Shown: in pieces, positions 11,258 through 22,221 of the stretch
Position numbering within the stretch: the first letter of the stretch is position 1
Layout: each line of letters opens with the position of its first letter
Assembly (NCBI GenBank): GCA_000934665.2
Contig: JYFJ02003448.1
Location: 1-41,521, forward strand
DNA: 41,521 bases
Reading direction: 5' to 3'
From: Catajapyx aquilonaris
Taxonomy: Eukaryota
Position numbers and translations under genes: made by a program
The notes under the pieces: model-generated
Database searches by the model: none
Told to the model about the DNA's origin: nothing
Seen by the model: the letters and a program-made list of their open reading frames with translations, nothing else

Positions 11258-13767
11258 CAGTAAAACCTCGATATAACGCTCCCGTATATAACACCTTTTC
11301 TCTTTTAATGCCCCTTTTTTCCGGTCCCTTGATCAGCCCCATAAGGCCCATTGTTAAAGGACCTGTTCAAAGTTATCCTGGCAAAGAAAGGCCACCCACA
11401 TGGCTCAATGATTCGTGTCAATTAGATTGGAGCAGATCACTGAAACTTGGCAACGCAGGGGTGTTGGATCAAAATGTTGCTGTCCAGCCACTCTAATATA
11501 TGTCATTCAATGGAAGAATGCTTCTAAAGGGTGACCTTCATCAGTTTGGAGAAGGAGTTCGCCCTTGATTTGCCAACGAACGCGCCATCCTGAATCCGCC
11601 CCTCGCTCCTCTCTCTCTTTTAGGGGAGAGAGTCAGAGAGAGGAGAGGGAGAGAGGGAGAGATACGCGATTGTGCAAACGCGTGATATCTCGATGGGGCT
11701 TGCATTTCGCATATCGGTTCCCTGAGGCGGCATTTGTCTCGCACGAATATTCTTACAACATTTTTACGGGGTAAAAACCACACGAGTTTTCCTGCCTCTA
11801 AGAGCAACTAATAAAACAGTTCACCACGTGGCAACATGTTTTGAATCCTACCAAGGCCGCTAGGTGGCAACCCCTACCACATCAAAGATACAGTCAGTGG
11901 CGAACACAGCGGCCTTTAGCGTAAAACTAGGTGCATAGATTATACACTACAAGATGCGCAAGATGGTTGCCGTTTAGGTAGCAGGGCTACTTGAACAGGT
12001 CCTTTTCCCACTTTCCCGCTTTCCTGCATATACAGCTTGGTTTTCCTGGTCCCCAGGGACACTTATCCTGCATCTTTTCGTGGAGAATGGAGGAAGAAGA
12101 GGACGAATTTTTATTGTCTTGCGCTATGCATTATGAATTTCTTGGCAAGTAAGTGGTCAAGCAAAAGAAATTGCCTTCTTAACTATTAATGGTTCCAACA
12201 TTTTTGCGGCGGGGTATGGCTTTACAATCGACTTATTTATGATCATTTCATTGTTATTAAGACAGAACCAAAACCCAGTTATCTTGTCTATTTGAGGTGG
12301 AAAAGGAGAAGATGGAAGAGCAGGCAAGAGTGAAGACAATACAAATTAATGTCCCATATTGGTAAATTGCAAGTGTATGCAGGAATTTATTGACGGGCTG
12401 CATGGCCTAATCTAGCTGGGTCAGGCCAGTAATTCTCTGGAAACATGTAACTTAATCATCATGCTGGAAGTAATGCCCAGGCTCTGACATTGGAATTGAC
12501 GAATTTTTGGCACCGCAAACAGACCAGATACATGGGTTTCTCTTGTCTAAATTACAATTATTAAACGATTATAAAGCCAGAGGCCGAAGTGAAAATGTTG
12601 GAACCACCGATGGTTTAAAATGCAATTTTTCAAATTGAACATTTACTTCTGCAAAAATATTCTCTATTAGGCTTCATCTTGCAAGGCCATCAAAAACTGA
12701 CACTTGTTCGCTCTCCAATAAAAATAGCAAATTATAGTGAATGTAGCCATTCTGAGATATGTTACACCCTTACACGTATTTAAAGGTCTCCAATTACATT
12801 TTGCATGAATATTTTTGATTTTTCATTCATGAGATATTTGCGGTCAAACATACGGAACAATTTCAAAAAAAATTAATAGTACAGGAGGCAGATTCGGTGG
12901 TTGCATTAGCGAAAATCAAAGACACAAACAGTCTGACCCCGCCCTTGCAAATTTCGAGGCCCAGGTCTTTGACTCAGAGGACCAACCATTGCTCATAACG
13001 CCACAATGACAATTCCACATTATGCAGAAGCTTATACCTTTATCACAAGAGCCACCACTTTCTGATAATATGAACTTGTAGGGGCCCCACATCATTTTAA
13101 CAGTTGGAAACTTGATATTTATTTGTGAAGGTTCTTGTTAATTGACGTTGAAAATATACATTAATTTCATACCTCTAAAATAGGTAGGCCTACACATGTT
13201 ACAAACCCAAGAGGACCCTGCAGCGCGGGGCCCCCTCGGGCGCGGGCCCCAGGGTGGTNNNNCCCCCCCCCCCCCCCTCCACGCGTCGTCCCTGCCCACA
13301 GTTCCGTTTTAAAATTTAGAATAGTGAGGTATCATGCTGGGGCAAGATGAGAAGCGGCAAGCCCCATGCCGTAAGTTTTGATTTTGAAAAATAATTTCAT
13401 ATTTATCTTTCATTGGAATTGCTACCATGAAGTACACAAATGAATGTAAAAATCATTGTTTGGAGGATAGAGCACTACGTGAGTGATCCATTTAGTGGCA
13501 TTTAGCTTTTAAGCATTCATCCGTTATGCCTTTGTGACAGCAATTGAGTCCTAATAGGACATTATTTTTTTGTCATTATTTTGGTCAATATTTCAGAACT
13601 ACCGATAATTTTGTTCTGATTTCTTATTGACAATATGTTAATAAAATGCAACAGGAACTGACATGGTGTTACACACTTTTTCTTGGGTCTCAGGAGGATA
13701 TAACAAATTCCCGCTTATAACGCTAATTTTGGCCGGTCCCTTGAAGAGCGTTATCGAGGTTTTACTG
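11258..13767. mobile_element. pogo/Tigger-like non-autonomous element (about 2.5 kb)
   Basis: TA|CAGTAAAACCTCGATATAACGCT ... AGCGTTATCGAGGTTTTACTG|TA. Subterminal 'ccggtcccttga' occurs near both ends. Confidence 0.75.
11358..12003. mobile_element. Kolobok-like (TTAA) MITE nested in the Tigger-like element
   Basis: TTAA|AGGACCTGTTCAA ... TTGAACAGGTCCT. The right TSD is degenerate. Confidence 0.55.
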
Positions 13768-14819
13768 TATTACATGTACGTTAGTCGATTTAGCTTAGGA
13801 ATTTGATTTAAATCATTCAAGCACTTGAGTAACCAAGTATTTGGATTCAAATCCCCTTAATAACTCAAATCCCATTTTGAAGTTGGATCTTGCATCAGAT
13901 ATGGATACCTGATGCTGCTGTACTACACACAGGTGCATGTAACTCTCATGTACTGACAACAGTGTTGAATTTTTCACACCTGAAAGATTCCCTCCCAAGA
14001 TCACTGTTGGCTCCAATCACGAAAATACTGAAGTTGTTCCCAATATTATTATATGAAACAGTGAAACTCTGTTCATGCCTTCTTAGATCCACAACTAAGA
14101 CATTTGGACTTTGAAATTAACTTCTTCAACCTTCTAATAAGCATCTAAAAGTCGTTCATTTTTTGCAGAAATGCAAGAAGATGGGCAAAATATTAGAATA
14201 GCATCTTGTCCACAAAGTGATATTAATAATGTTAAATTGTGTGAATTATTGGTTTACCATTGCATTACCATCATTTTACAGGTTGCCACTGTGTTGAAAT
14301 GGGGTTGCGTTATCATTATTAATTTATGAAATGGGATCATATCTTATTGCATGGTAATACTTACACATAAAATGTAAAAGGTAAGGTCATTCAGAGGGAC
14401 GCAAGCCTACCACAAGATTTAGACCTTGTGTTTGAAATGTATTGCTGGTAACTGGGCGGCAAAGAGCCACAATGCCTATACTGAAAATGATCACCTAGGA
14501 CCTATCTACCATCCTGCAAAGTGATGGTATGTTAAATTTCCACATCCTGCACACGATTGATATTCAGGGTGTTTAAAAACTTAGTGCACAATTTTATAAG
14601 AGATAGAGAAGAACTGTGCAAACCTTTTTCATCAATGAATGTATGTCAGCAGACATCAACAGATACCAGTGGAGCTGGCATGTAAATTAATGGAAACAGG
14701 TGTGAACAGGTTTATTCAAAGGTGCTCATATGCACAACCAGGAACAGTACTGCATGCACAGCAGTGTTGAAGCATTGACTGCCACACATTTGCAAAGATT
14801 CGCTGCATTTCCACATGCA

Positions 14820-15037
14820 TTTCCATAAATGTGTGACACCTTTCCCCCCCCTTCCTCCCTTCCCCCGGCCCATCCTACAACTGGCCCCTTTCCAGAAAAC
14901 ATACACTCTGTATGGCCACAAAATTGGTTCAATTGACACAGAAATTGCACACAAAAAAAGGTGAACCAAGGCTCTTGACCTCCCGCAACCCTGCCCGCAA
15001 CCCCCCTCGGGGTCGCGACCCACCGGTTGGAGTGCTG
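14820..15037. mobile_element. degenerate copy of the hAT MITE at 30476-30677
   Basis: Shares 'TTCCAGAAAACATACACTCTGTATGGCC.CAAAATTG.TCAATTGACACAGAAATTGCA' and 'TCGCGACCCC.CCGGTTGG'. Confidence 0.75.
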
Positions 15038-16205
15038 TAGTGCATGCAATGCTGTTGTCGGTCACATCTTTGAGCACCTTCTTTTTATAAACATGTTGTT
15101 CACATGTTTCCATTCATTTATGTACCTGCTCCACCCATATCTGTCAGTGCCTCTAGCATCAAAAGATGATATCAGCCGACATACATTCATGGAGGAAAAG
15201 GTTTGCCTTGGTGTTCCCTATCTCCCATTTTGTACACGTACTTTTTAAATACCCTCTACAGGACTACAATATCTGTACAAGATGTCTCATGGATATCCAG
15301 ATCCGAAATGGGGTCCAACTCTGAACACAGGATTTGGTATTCATGTCACCTGAATCTAATCCATAAGATTGGGATACCTGTTTCAATTCAGGCACCCAAA
15401 TCTTTGCATTTTCCTAGCTTTCATTTAGGATGCATAATTTAAGAAAATGAAAATACTTAAACTGCTGTCCATGATGCGAACCTATTAGAGTGACCATTAG
15501 TGTAATAATAATTTAATATACAGTTATGAGCCCCACCTTTGCCATGGTGGTGAGGCTTACATTCTCCAACCAACCCGAGAGATAGGCCAGTGGTAGTGTT
15601 GACTGCTAGTAAGGTCTCCAAAGTCAAACAGGTCTTCATGGAGTACAAGCCAGACCAAGAGAAATACTACTTTCTTGTATTCTCTCTCTTCATCCATCTG
15701 CACTTCTTATTTTAGCCAGATAGCCTTAGTTGCTTTAGATTCTTCCCCCTCAATCAATCAATCAATGCTCAAGCAACACTATCAAAGCAAAACAAAAGTT
15801 GGACACAACTGGTCATAGAAATATCAAGAGTTCCCTGGAATGCCTCGAGGTTATCAGAAGTAGGGTAGTAACATATAATACCACTGTCACAATGAAGACC
15901 AGTTACACCTCGTGACCAGTTGCCTTGGCTCCTCTAATAAACCTATCCGAACCAAAATAGAGTCGCCTCTTTCTTCTAATTGGTACATAATTGTCAGCGG
16001 AGGATTTCAATATCATGCTACACAACAGTAAATGGTAGTAAAAAATACAGTTAGTGTGGACTTGTTCATAAAATATCTAGAGGCAAAAGATTTGATCATT
16101 TGTAATATTAACTTACACATTGCATAATTACTGCCTCCAACTGGATGGCCCTCAAACAAGTTGCTTTGCAGCTGCCTAACAGCATGTATGCCACATTGTC
16201 ACTGA

Positions 16206-16730
16206 TCACTGAATCAAATGTCTCTGCCTCTCATCAACCACAGGGGGTGCTACCACATGCTCCTGGGACAAGGCAGCCAGCTCTTGCATCCATTCCTCCA
16301 TCACAGCTGCACACAAAACCACATGCCTGGTGCGTATGTATGCTTCTGCCTCCTCCCCTTCCTCCACACCACCCCCCTCACCAGCCTCCCTTCCTCTCTT
16401 CACATACCTGTACCCAGAACCATCAGGCACACTTTCAAGTAAAGTAGTTTCTCGTCCACTGTAGCGCCTAAGGGCAGCCATCATCACTCCAGGTAAACCT
16501 CGCTTTGGAACAGCAACCTTGGGAAGACCTACATCTGAAGTAGATCCTCGCCTGACAGGTCGGGGAGTAGCAACTGTGATGACTTCTGGATCAAAAACAG
16601 CACCTGTCCTTACTGACTCCAAAAGGGTGTCCCTCTTTTGCAGAAACCTGCGGCTCTCTCGCACCAAGTCTTCCAAGTGATGTAACTGGGATGTGTACGA
16701 GTCAATTCGCTGTTTCAATGAGCCTAGGAC
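16206..16730 (-). CDS. FHIP1: FHIP1 last coding exon 7 (VLGSLKQRID...LIQ*)
   Basis: 'VLGS.K..I' and the C-terminal 'CA.V..EW.QELAALSQEH' motif. Acceptor tacag| at 16731, TGA at 16206-16208. The joined core CDS is 2763 nt = 920 aa plus stop. Confidence 0.93.
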   Translation of the reverse strand, partial: VLGSLKQRIDSYTSQLHHLEDLVRESRRFLQKRDTLLESVRTGAVFDPEVITVATPRPVRRGSTSDVGLPKVAVPKRGLPGVMMAALRRYSGRETTLLESVPDGSGYRYVKRGREAGEGGGVEEGEEAEAYIRTRHVVLCAAVMEEWMQELAALSQEHVVAPPVVDERQRHLIQ

Positions 16731-17138
16731 CTGTATTTGGGAGAAAATGGGAGGCAAAGATTAATGAAGGCATAATATATTTTAAGGACCAACAAGCCAA
16801 TCCTAGCTTACTTTCTACTGATTTCTAGTGATGATGGTAAGCTTAGTTGCGAAGATTCATAACAAAGTCACGACTCCTTCAACTCACACAGTCATTATAA
16901 TGTCATTGTTACCTACAGTAAGTGACATTTGGCATGCACTTGTTCCATCAAAAGATATTTCCTGAGTTTGTGGTTGCTATTACCATATGGCAGCTATGAG
17001 AAGTTAGCAGCTGTATGATATTCAAAGAAATGCTGGCATGAAATCACCTTTTGCAAAAGGCAATTTTATTTACTTACATTGGAAATGATCAGGTTTCACA
17101 GCAAGCACTCAAACATAATGCACAACACTGATAATTAC

Positions 17139-17865
17139 CTGGAAAAGTGGCCTGACACTGGGTTGGAAGACTAGCGAGTAGTTGAGTAGGAAAGACCTAA
17201 GGAGTGGCTGTGGGTAGGCTGCCAGACGAGAGACAATCCCTGTCAGGTGTAGATTTGCATACAGGCTATGGTATGGCATCCCATCCAATTTCTGGAACAG
17301 TGCCTTTAGAAAGGGGCCGATATCTGGGACACCACACCTATCTGGAAGCTTCCGTGCAGATTCCTTGTCATCATTGAGTGAAGACCAGAATGCCCTGTCG
17401 TCACAAGAGTCAGTTGGTGAATCAGGTTCAGGCGAGTTCTCTCTTGACTGGAGCATTGAGAAGCTCTCATAACCGCTACTGTCACCTCCAGACACAACAT
17501 TGGAGTCGGGTCTGGACAGCTTTGATTCTGAGTCAGTGTTGGACTCGCTCTTAGCAACACTTGTATTTGGCTCTGTTACATTGGACTCTGTTGTTTCACA
17601 TTCTTCTTTGGCCATGTGTGAGTCCTGCCCTGACATATCATATTCCTGTGGCCCTTTAGAATCAGATTCTTCTGCCTTTGATGGATCAAGGTCTCCTGCA
17701 CAATCAGTCCTCTCCAAGTCCACATTATTTACCTTGGGTTTTATTGCTACCTTGCTTTCAGCCCAATACAAATCAGATGGGGGAGTCTTGCCATCATACT
17801 TGTATGTCCACCCTCGACATGCAATGCGGCATGCTTCAACCCGCCACCTGGCCTCTCTCAGGTAC
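17139..17865 (-). CDS. FHIP1: FHIP1 coding exon 6 (YLREAR...VRPLFQ)
   Basis: 'YLREAR..V..C..AC..W...YDG', an acidic Ser-rich linker, then 'GPF...LF.KL..M...SLY.NL.LTG..SRLA.YPQPLLRSFLLN..LVFQPSV'. Acceptor tcaag| at 17866, donor CAG|gtaatt at 17138, 727 nt. Confidence 0.93.
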
Positions 17866-18327
17866 CTTGAAAGAGACACAAAAATTAGACTGAAAAAATG
17901 TGCGCACTGCAATCAGGTGCAGTGACACCTTTTTATAGCAGACCCTGGATATAGTTAACGCTTATAGAAAGGCAGCATTTTAGTTTGGTCCACATGAATG
18001 ATTACCATTGCCTTTTTGCTACATGCATCTTAAACTTTTTCATTATGAAAAATATCAGCAGAAGGGAGCAATCCGCTGTGTGCAGGTTTCACTATTATTC
18101 TTTCCTCATGTTTGAACTGAGGCTCTAGGGTAATTCAACATGTATCCTGCCTACTATCTAACTACAGATCACATTGGAATATCCATCAGTGTTCAGGGAA
18201 AGCTGAATTTTAAGATTTACATTAAGATCATTGTGAAATGCATTCATCAGCAAATGAGAGAAAGGGATTACATACTCACTGATTTTGATTTTAAACCTTC
18301 TGGAATGCCATTCCCACACCCCACTTC

Positions 18328-18592
18328 CTAATAACGGATACCCTGTGATAGGCCTCCTTGAGCCTCTTAGGGGATCATCTTTTAAATACCCGACTTTAAT
18401 CATTGCCTGCGCTGTGATGGATTTTCATTGTGGGAGGAAACGGGAGAACCCCGAGAAAACCCACGCGAACACAGAGAGAACCCATCGAACCTCTATCCAC
18501 ATAAGTATCCTCCGTCCGACCCGGAGATCGAACTCGGGACCTTAGAGGTGGAAGGCTGTGGCGCTAACCACTCGGCCATCGCGTTGTCCACA
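18328..18592 (-). mobile_element. same SINE family (copy 2), in FHIP1 intron 5
   Basis: 15-bp TSD CCCACACCCCACTTC at 18313-18327 and 18593-18607. A box TGGCCGAGTGG, B box GAGTTCGATCTC. Confidence 0.88.
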
Positions 18593-19264
18593 CCCACACC
18601 CCACTTCTATTACTCAGTTTTCACAGACCAGAGTTAGCATTTGGAATCAGTAATACATTCTTGTGCATTGAAGAAGATTACCTACCTAAGGGCATTCCAG
18701 CTGACTTCTTCACTGTGCAGGAATACTCCTAACACCATCTACTAACTCGGGGTCCGTGAAACCCTATTATATGACTGTTTCCCAACTTTCATTCCTGGGG
18801 ACACAAGAATACATCCATTCCTACAATTCATGACCTCCCTTTCTTCAACTGTCACACCTTGTTTCCACCACCTCCCCCAACCATCATTACACAATTCCAT
18901 CAGCATTACTCATTACAATATGTGAAACAAAACGTGGTTTTCTTAATATACAGACTGTACTCCCAACTATCCAGGCTAATGACTGCACGGGTGTCGCCAG
19001 ATAATAATCCGAGAACACGGATAATCGGAACATAGCACTAGACACCGTAAAAGTGAGCTGTTCAGATATTTTAAATGAACTGCTGTGCATTCTGCACACT
19101 GCTTTAACCCTTTGACAGTGGAGTTTTTGAGCCTTTTTTTTCTCTTTTTTGTCCAAAATTCAATGTAGAAGTGATATTAATGAATAACAATTTCAAGCCA
19201 AAATTAATCATTTTAATTCTTGGTGGTCCTTTTGAATGTAAACTTCCGGAATGAAATTCATATA

Positions 19265-19429
19265 CAGGTGTCCCAGAATATTTTTTTAAAGAATCGTCTG
19301 GCTCTCAGGACGTAGATAGGCCTAACGAGTTCACTCAGTCACTATACATTGTTGTTATGGTTACATAATATTACCACAACACTGTACTATGAGAAACTCC
19401 CAAGGGTCCAGGCTTTACGGGACACCCTG
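19265..19429. mobile_element. short Tc1/mariner-like MITE, possibly inside a TTAA element at 19108-19661
   Basis: TA|CAGGTGTCCC ... GGGACACCCTG|TA. Possible outer ends TTAA|CCCTTTGA ... TCAAAGTG|TTAA are weak. Confidence 0.45.
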
Positions 19430-19936
19430 TACTGAGGGCACATGTTTACATAAACAACCTTGGCATATACTGATTGACTCAACTTTGCGGAAGCAGGAGG
19501 TATTCTGGGAATGCTATGGTAGGTGAGTCACAATCCAAGAGATGGCAGGACCATATTGAACCGCATTTGGAACAGCAAAGTTCAAATTCTCTATGCACAT
19601 CCTAGCGTGCCAAATTCAAAAAAGCTCGGGACATCATATGAAGCACATAGGCCTCAAAGTGTTAAATAAGATTTTATCAGAATAATTAAACTTCCCACAC
19701 ATTTTTAGTTTCTCTTCTAGAAAAAGTGTTATATTTCTTAGTTTGTGAGACATGTGGAAATTTTTTCAGACTGTCATTTACTTTCCTTTGTTTTGACAAT
19801 GCACAGATAATCTGCAACAACGATAATTGGGAGTAGAGTGTAGGCTAATGTAAAATAAGTAATAAACTATCAATATTTTTTAACAATATCAATTAATAAT
19901 AACTTAAAATGTTCATGACAGGTGTGGTATAGGTAC

Positions 19937-20289
19937 CTGAGATATGAAGCCTGTGCAACATCCTCGCCATTCTGCTCACTGAATTCACTAAGAGAAGCAT
20001 GCCTGACATGCTTCTGCTTTCCTCCATCCACACCTACTTGATGATGTCTGCCCCCTACCCCCCACCTCGCAGTAGGAGGTGAAGGAGGAGTGGTGAGGCA
20101 ACAAGTGGGGATGAGGGAAAGAAATTTTTCTGCACTTCGGCACGAGTAGTCCTGGTCACAGATTCTCCCTCGTTGGGAGACCATCACATGGTTGCATGGG
20201 AGGAGATGCCGAAAGACCAGCTCCAGCATCAGGTCCTCGCAGTTCAAGTCAAGCAATGTTTCAAACAAGGACAGTGTCACCAGACACAG
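19937..20289 (-). CDS. FHIP1: FHIP1 coding exon 5 (LCLVTLSLFETLLDLNCEDLMLELV...ASYL)
   Basis: Conserved 'CED..L.LV.R.L.PCNHVM.SQ' and 'A.KFLSLIP.CC'. Acceptor gtgttag| at 20290, donor AG|gtacct at 19936 (phase 2), 353 nt. Confidence 0.93.
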
Positions 20290-20313
20290 CTAACACAGGA
20301 AGACAGAGTAATA

Positions 20314-20848
20314 CAGGGTGTTTGTTACTAGTCCAGCCAGCCGCCATCAGCATATTCCTTGGCCCAAACCAAGTCTGAAATGTATGGGTGAAAAATGTCG
20401 AGGGACCAACCTGTAACGAGGTAGACGACCTAGAATATTGGCCTACCCCTCGACACAGGCGGCAACACACACGACACCTCTTTGTAGGGAGATTTTCTGG
20501 CAGATGGACCCGCACGCCTTACAGGGATTGCCTAGGGAGCAGGATATGGGCCTGATAATCACTTCTGCAAAAAAGCCGATCTTGAAAAAGAATCATCGGT
20601 CATTATTATCAGGCTCGTATCCTGCTCCCTAGGCAACCACTGTAAGAACACGGGTCCACCTGCCAGGAGATCGCCCTACAAAGAAGCGTTGTGTGTATTG
20701 CCACCTGTATCTAGGGGTAGGCCAATGTTTCTGGTCATCTATCTCGTTAAGGTTGGTCCCTCGACATTTCTCCCTCCTACATTTCAGACATGGTTTGGCC
20801 CAAGGAATACGCTGACAGCAGCTGGCTGGACTAGTAACAAACACCCTG
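20314..20848. mobile_element. palindromic Tc1/mariner-like MITE (535 bp)
   Basis: TA|CAGGGTGTTTGTTACTAGTCCAGCCAGC ... GCTGGCTGGACTAGTAACAAACACCCTG|TA. Arms are about 245 bp and moderately diverged. Confidence 0.9.
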
Positions 20849-20917
20849 TATATTATGTTTGACTTAACTTACAATTGGGGAACATTAAATTCTGGGAAAA
20901 GAATAATGACTCAAATA

Positions 20918-21912
20918 CAGGGTGGACGGAAAGTTTCGGACCCCCCCAGGTTTTTTAACCCTATTTTTCACAGCGTCTTTTCACATCTTTTAAAAGTCCA
21001 CAAGCAGTTCTAATGTACAGTATCTTTTGAAGCATAATCTTGAGAACATCTGAGCACCTTCGCTCTCGCAATTCCATTAATAACTTCGCCTCTGTGACTC
21101 ATCTAAACATCTTATCTGTTTTGCGTTTATTTTGCTTGTTGCCTTGGAGGACCCCTGGTCGTATTCTGCGTCAGATAAGGTTTTTATGACCCTTTTCCAT
21201 GAGTTCCCCTTCATGCAAATGTTGTGAACTCACTCCTGGCCTTATTTTTCGCATTGGTCCATAACCTGGTCCAATAAAAATTTGAAAAGGAATGCATGAA
21301 ATGGCGGACCCGGATGCATTACTTTCAAATTGGTACCATCACATTTGTCTCCATTTTTACTTTAAAATAATTTTTTGGTGCGAAAGGACGTGAACGAAAG
21401 GATGTGTCATGTTGATTAATTTACCAAAGTAGGACTGTTTGTCCTTTCCCATCAAAAAACTATTTAAAAGTAAAAATGGAGACAAATGTGATGGTACCAA
21501 TTCGAAAGTAATGTATCCGGGTCCGCCATTTCATGCATTCCTTTTCAAATTTTTATTGGACCAGGTTATGGACCAATGCGAAAAATAAGGTCAGGAGTGA
21601 GTTCACAACATTTGCATGAAGGGGAACTCATGGAAAAGGGTTATAATAACCTTATCTGACGCGGAATATGACCAGGGGTCCTCCAAGGCAACAAGCAAAA
21701 TAAACGCAAAACAGATAGGATGTTTAGATGAGTCACAGAGGCGAAGTTATTAATGGAATTGCGAGAGCGAAGGTGCTCAGATGTTCTCAAGATTATGCTT
21801 CAAAAGATAGTGTACATTAGAACTGCTTGTGGACTTTTAAAAGATGTGAAAAGACGCTGTGAAAAGTAGGGTTAAAAAACCTGGGGGGGTCCGAAACTTT
21901 CCGTCCACCCTG
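20918..21912. mobile_element. near-perfect 995-bp palindromic Tc1/mariner-like (foldback) MITE
   Basis: TA|CAGGGTGGACGGAAAGTTTCGGACCCC ... GGGGTCCGAAACTTTCCGTCCACCCTG|TA. Arms are about 460 bp with only scattered mismatches. Confidence 0.93.
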
Positions 21913-22053
21913 TATATGGATTTCCTTCTTGCATACACAAATTACAATTACAACACCTTCTTAAATACATTGCTTGACAATATGTTCAGTCTTTTAGGTG
22001 TAAAAACCTTAACTTAGGGAAAGGGGAGCAGAATTAACAAATATTAGGCTTAC

Positions 22054-22221
22054 TCTTCCACCCGAATTGATCCTCTGGATGAGAATGTTGAGTATACTAA
22101 CTCCTTCATGCTCCCCACAAACAATGAACCTCAGGAAAGTGTGAAACAAAGCTGGCTCTGTTATAGTCCGCAGGAACAGGTTCAAGTAAGCAGTGGCTGC
22201 TATCGTCTCCTCAACAATACT
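22054..22221 (-). CDS. FHIP1: FHIP1 coding exon 4 (SIVEETIAATAYLNLFLR...INSGGR)
   Basis: Matches FHIP1 'VEE.IA.TAYL.LFLR.I.EPAL..TFLRF'. Acceptor ttccag| at 22222, donor AGA|gtaagc at 22053, 168 nt. Confidence 0.95.

Noticed and set aside
16145..17925. Plus-strand ORFs 16145..16447 and 17500..17925 (also 33707..34135)
   Set aside because: They are antisense shadows of FHIP1 exons.
18887..19156. 89-aa minus-strand ORF in intron 5 as an extra FHIP1 exon
   Set aside because: No FHIP similarity, a weak acceptor context, overlap with repeat-like ends, and exons 5 and 6 already join in frame.
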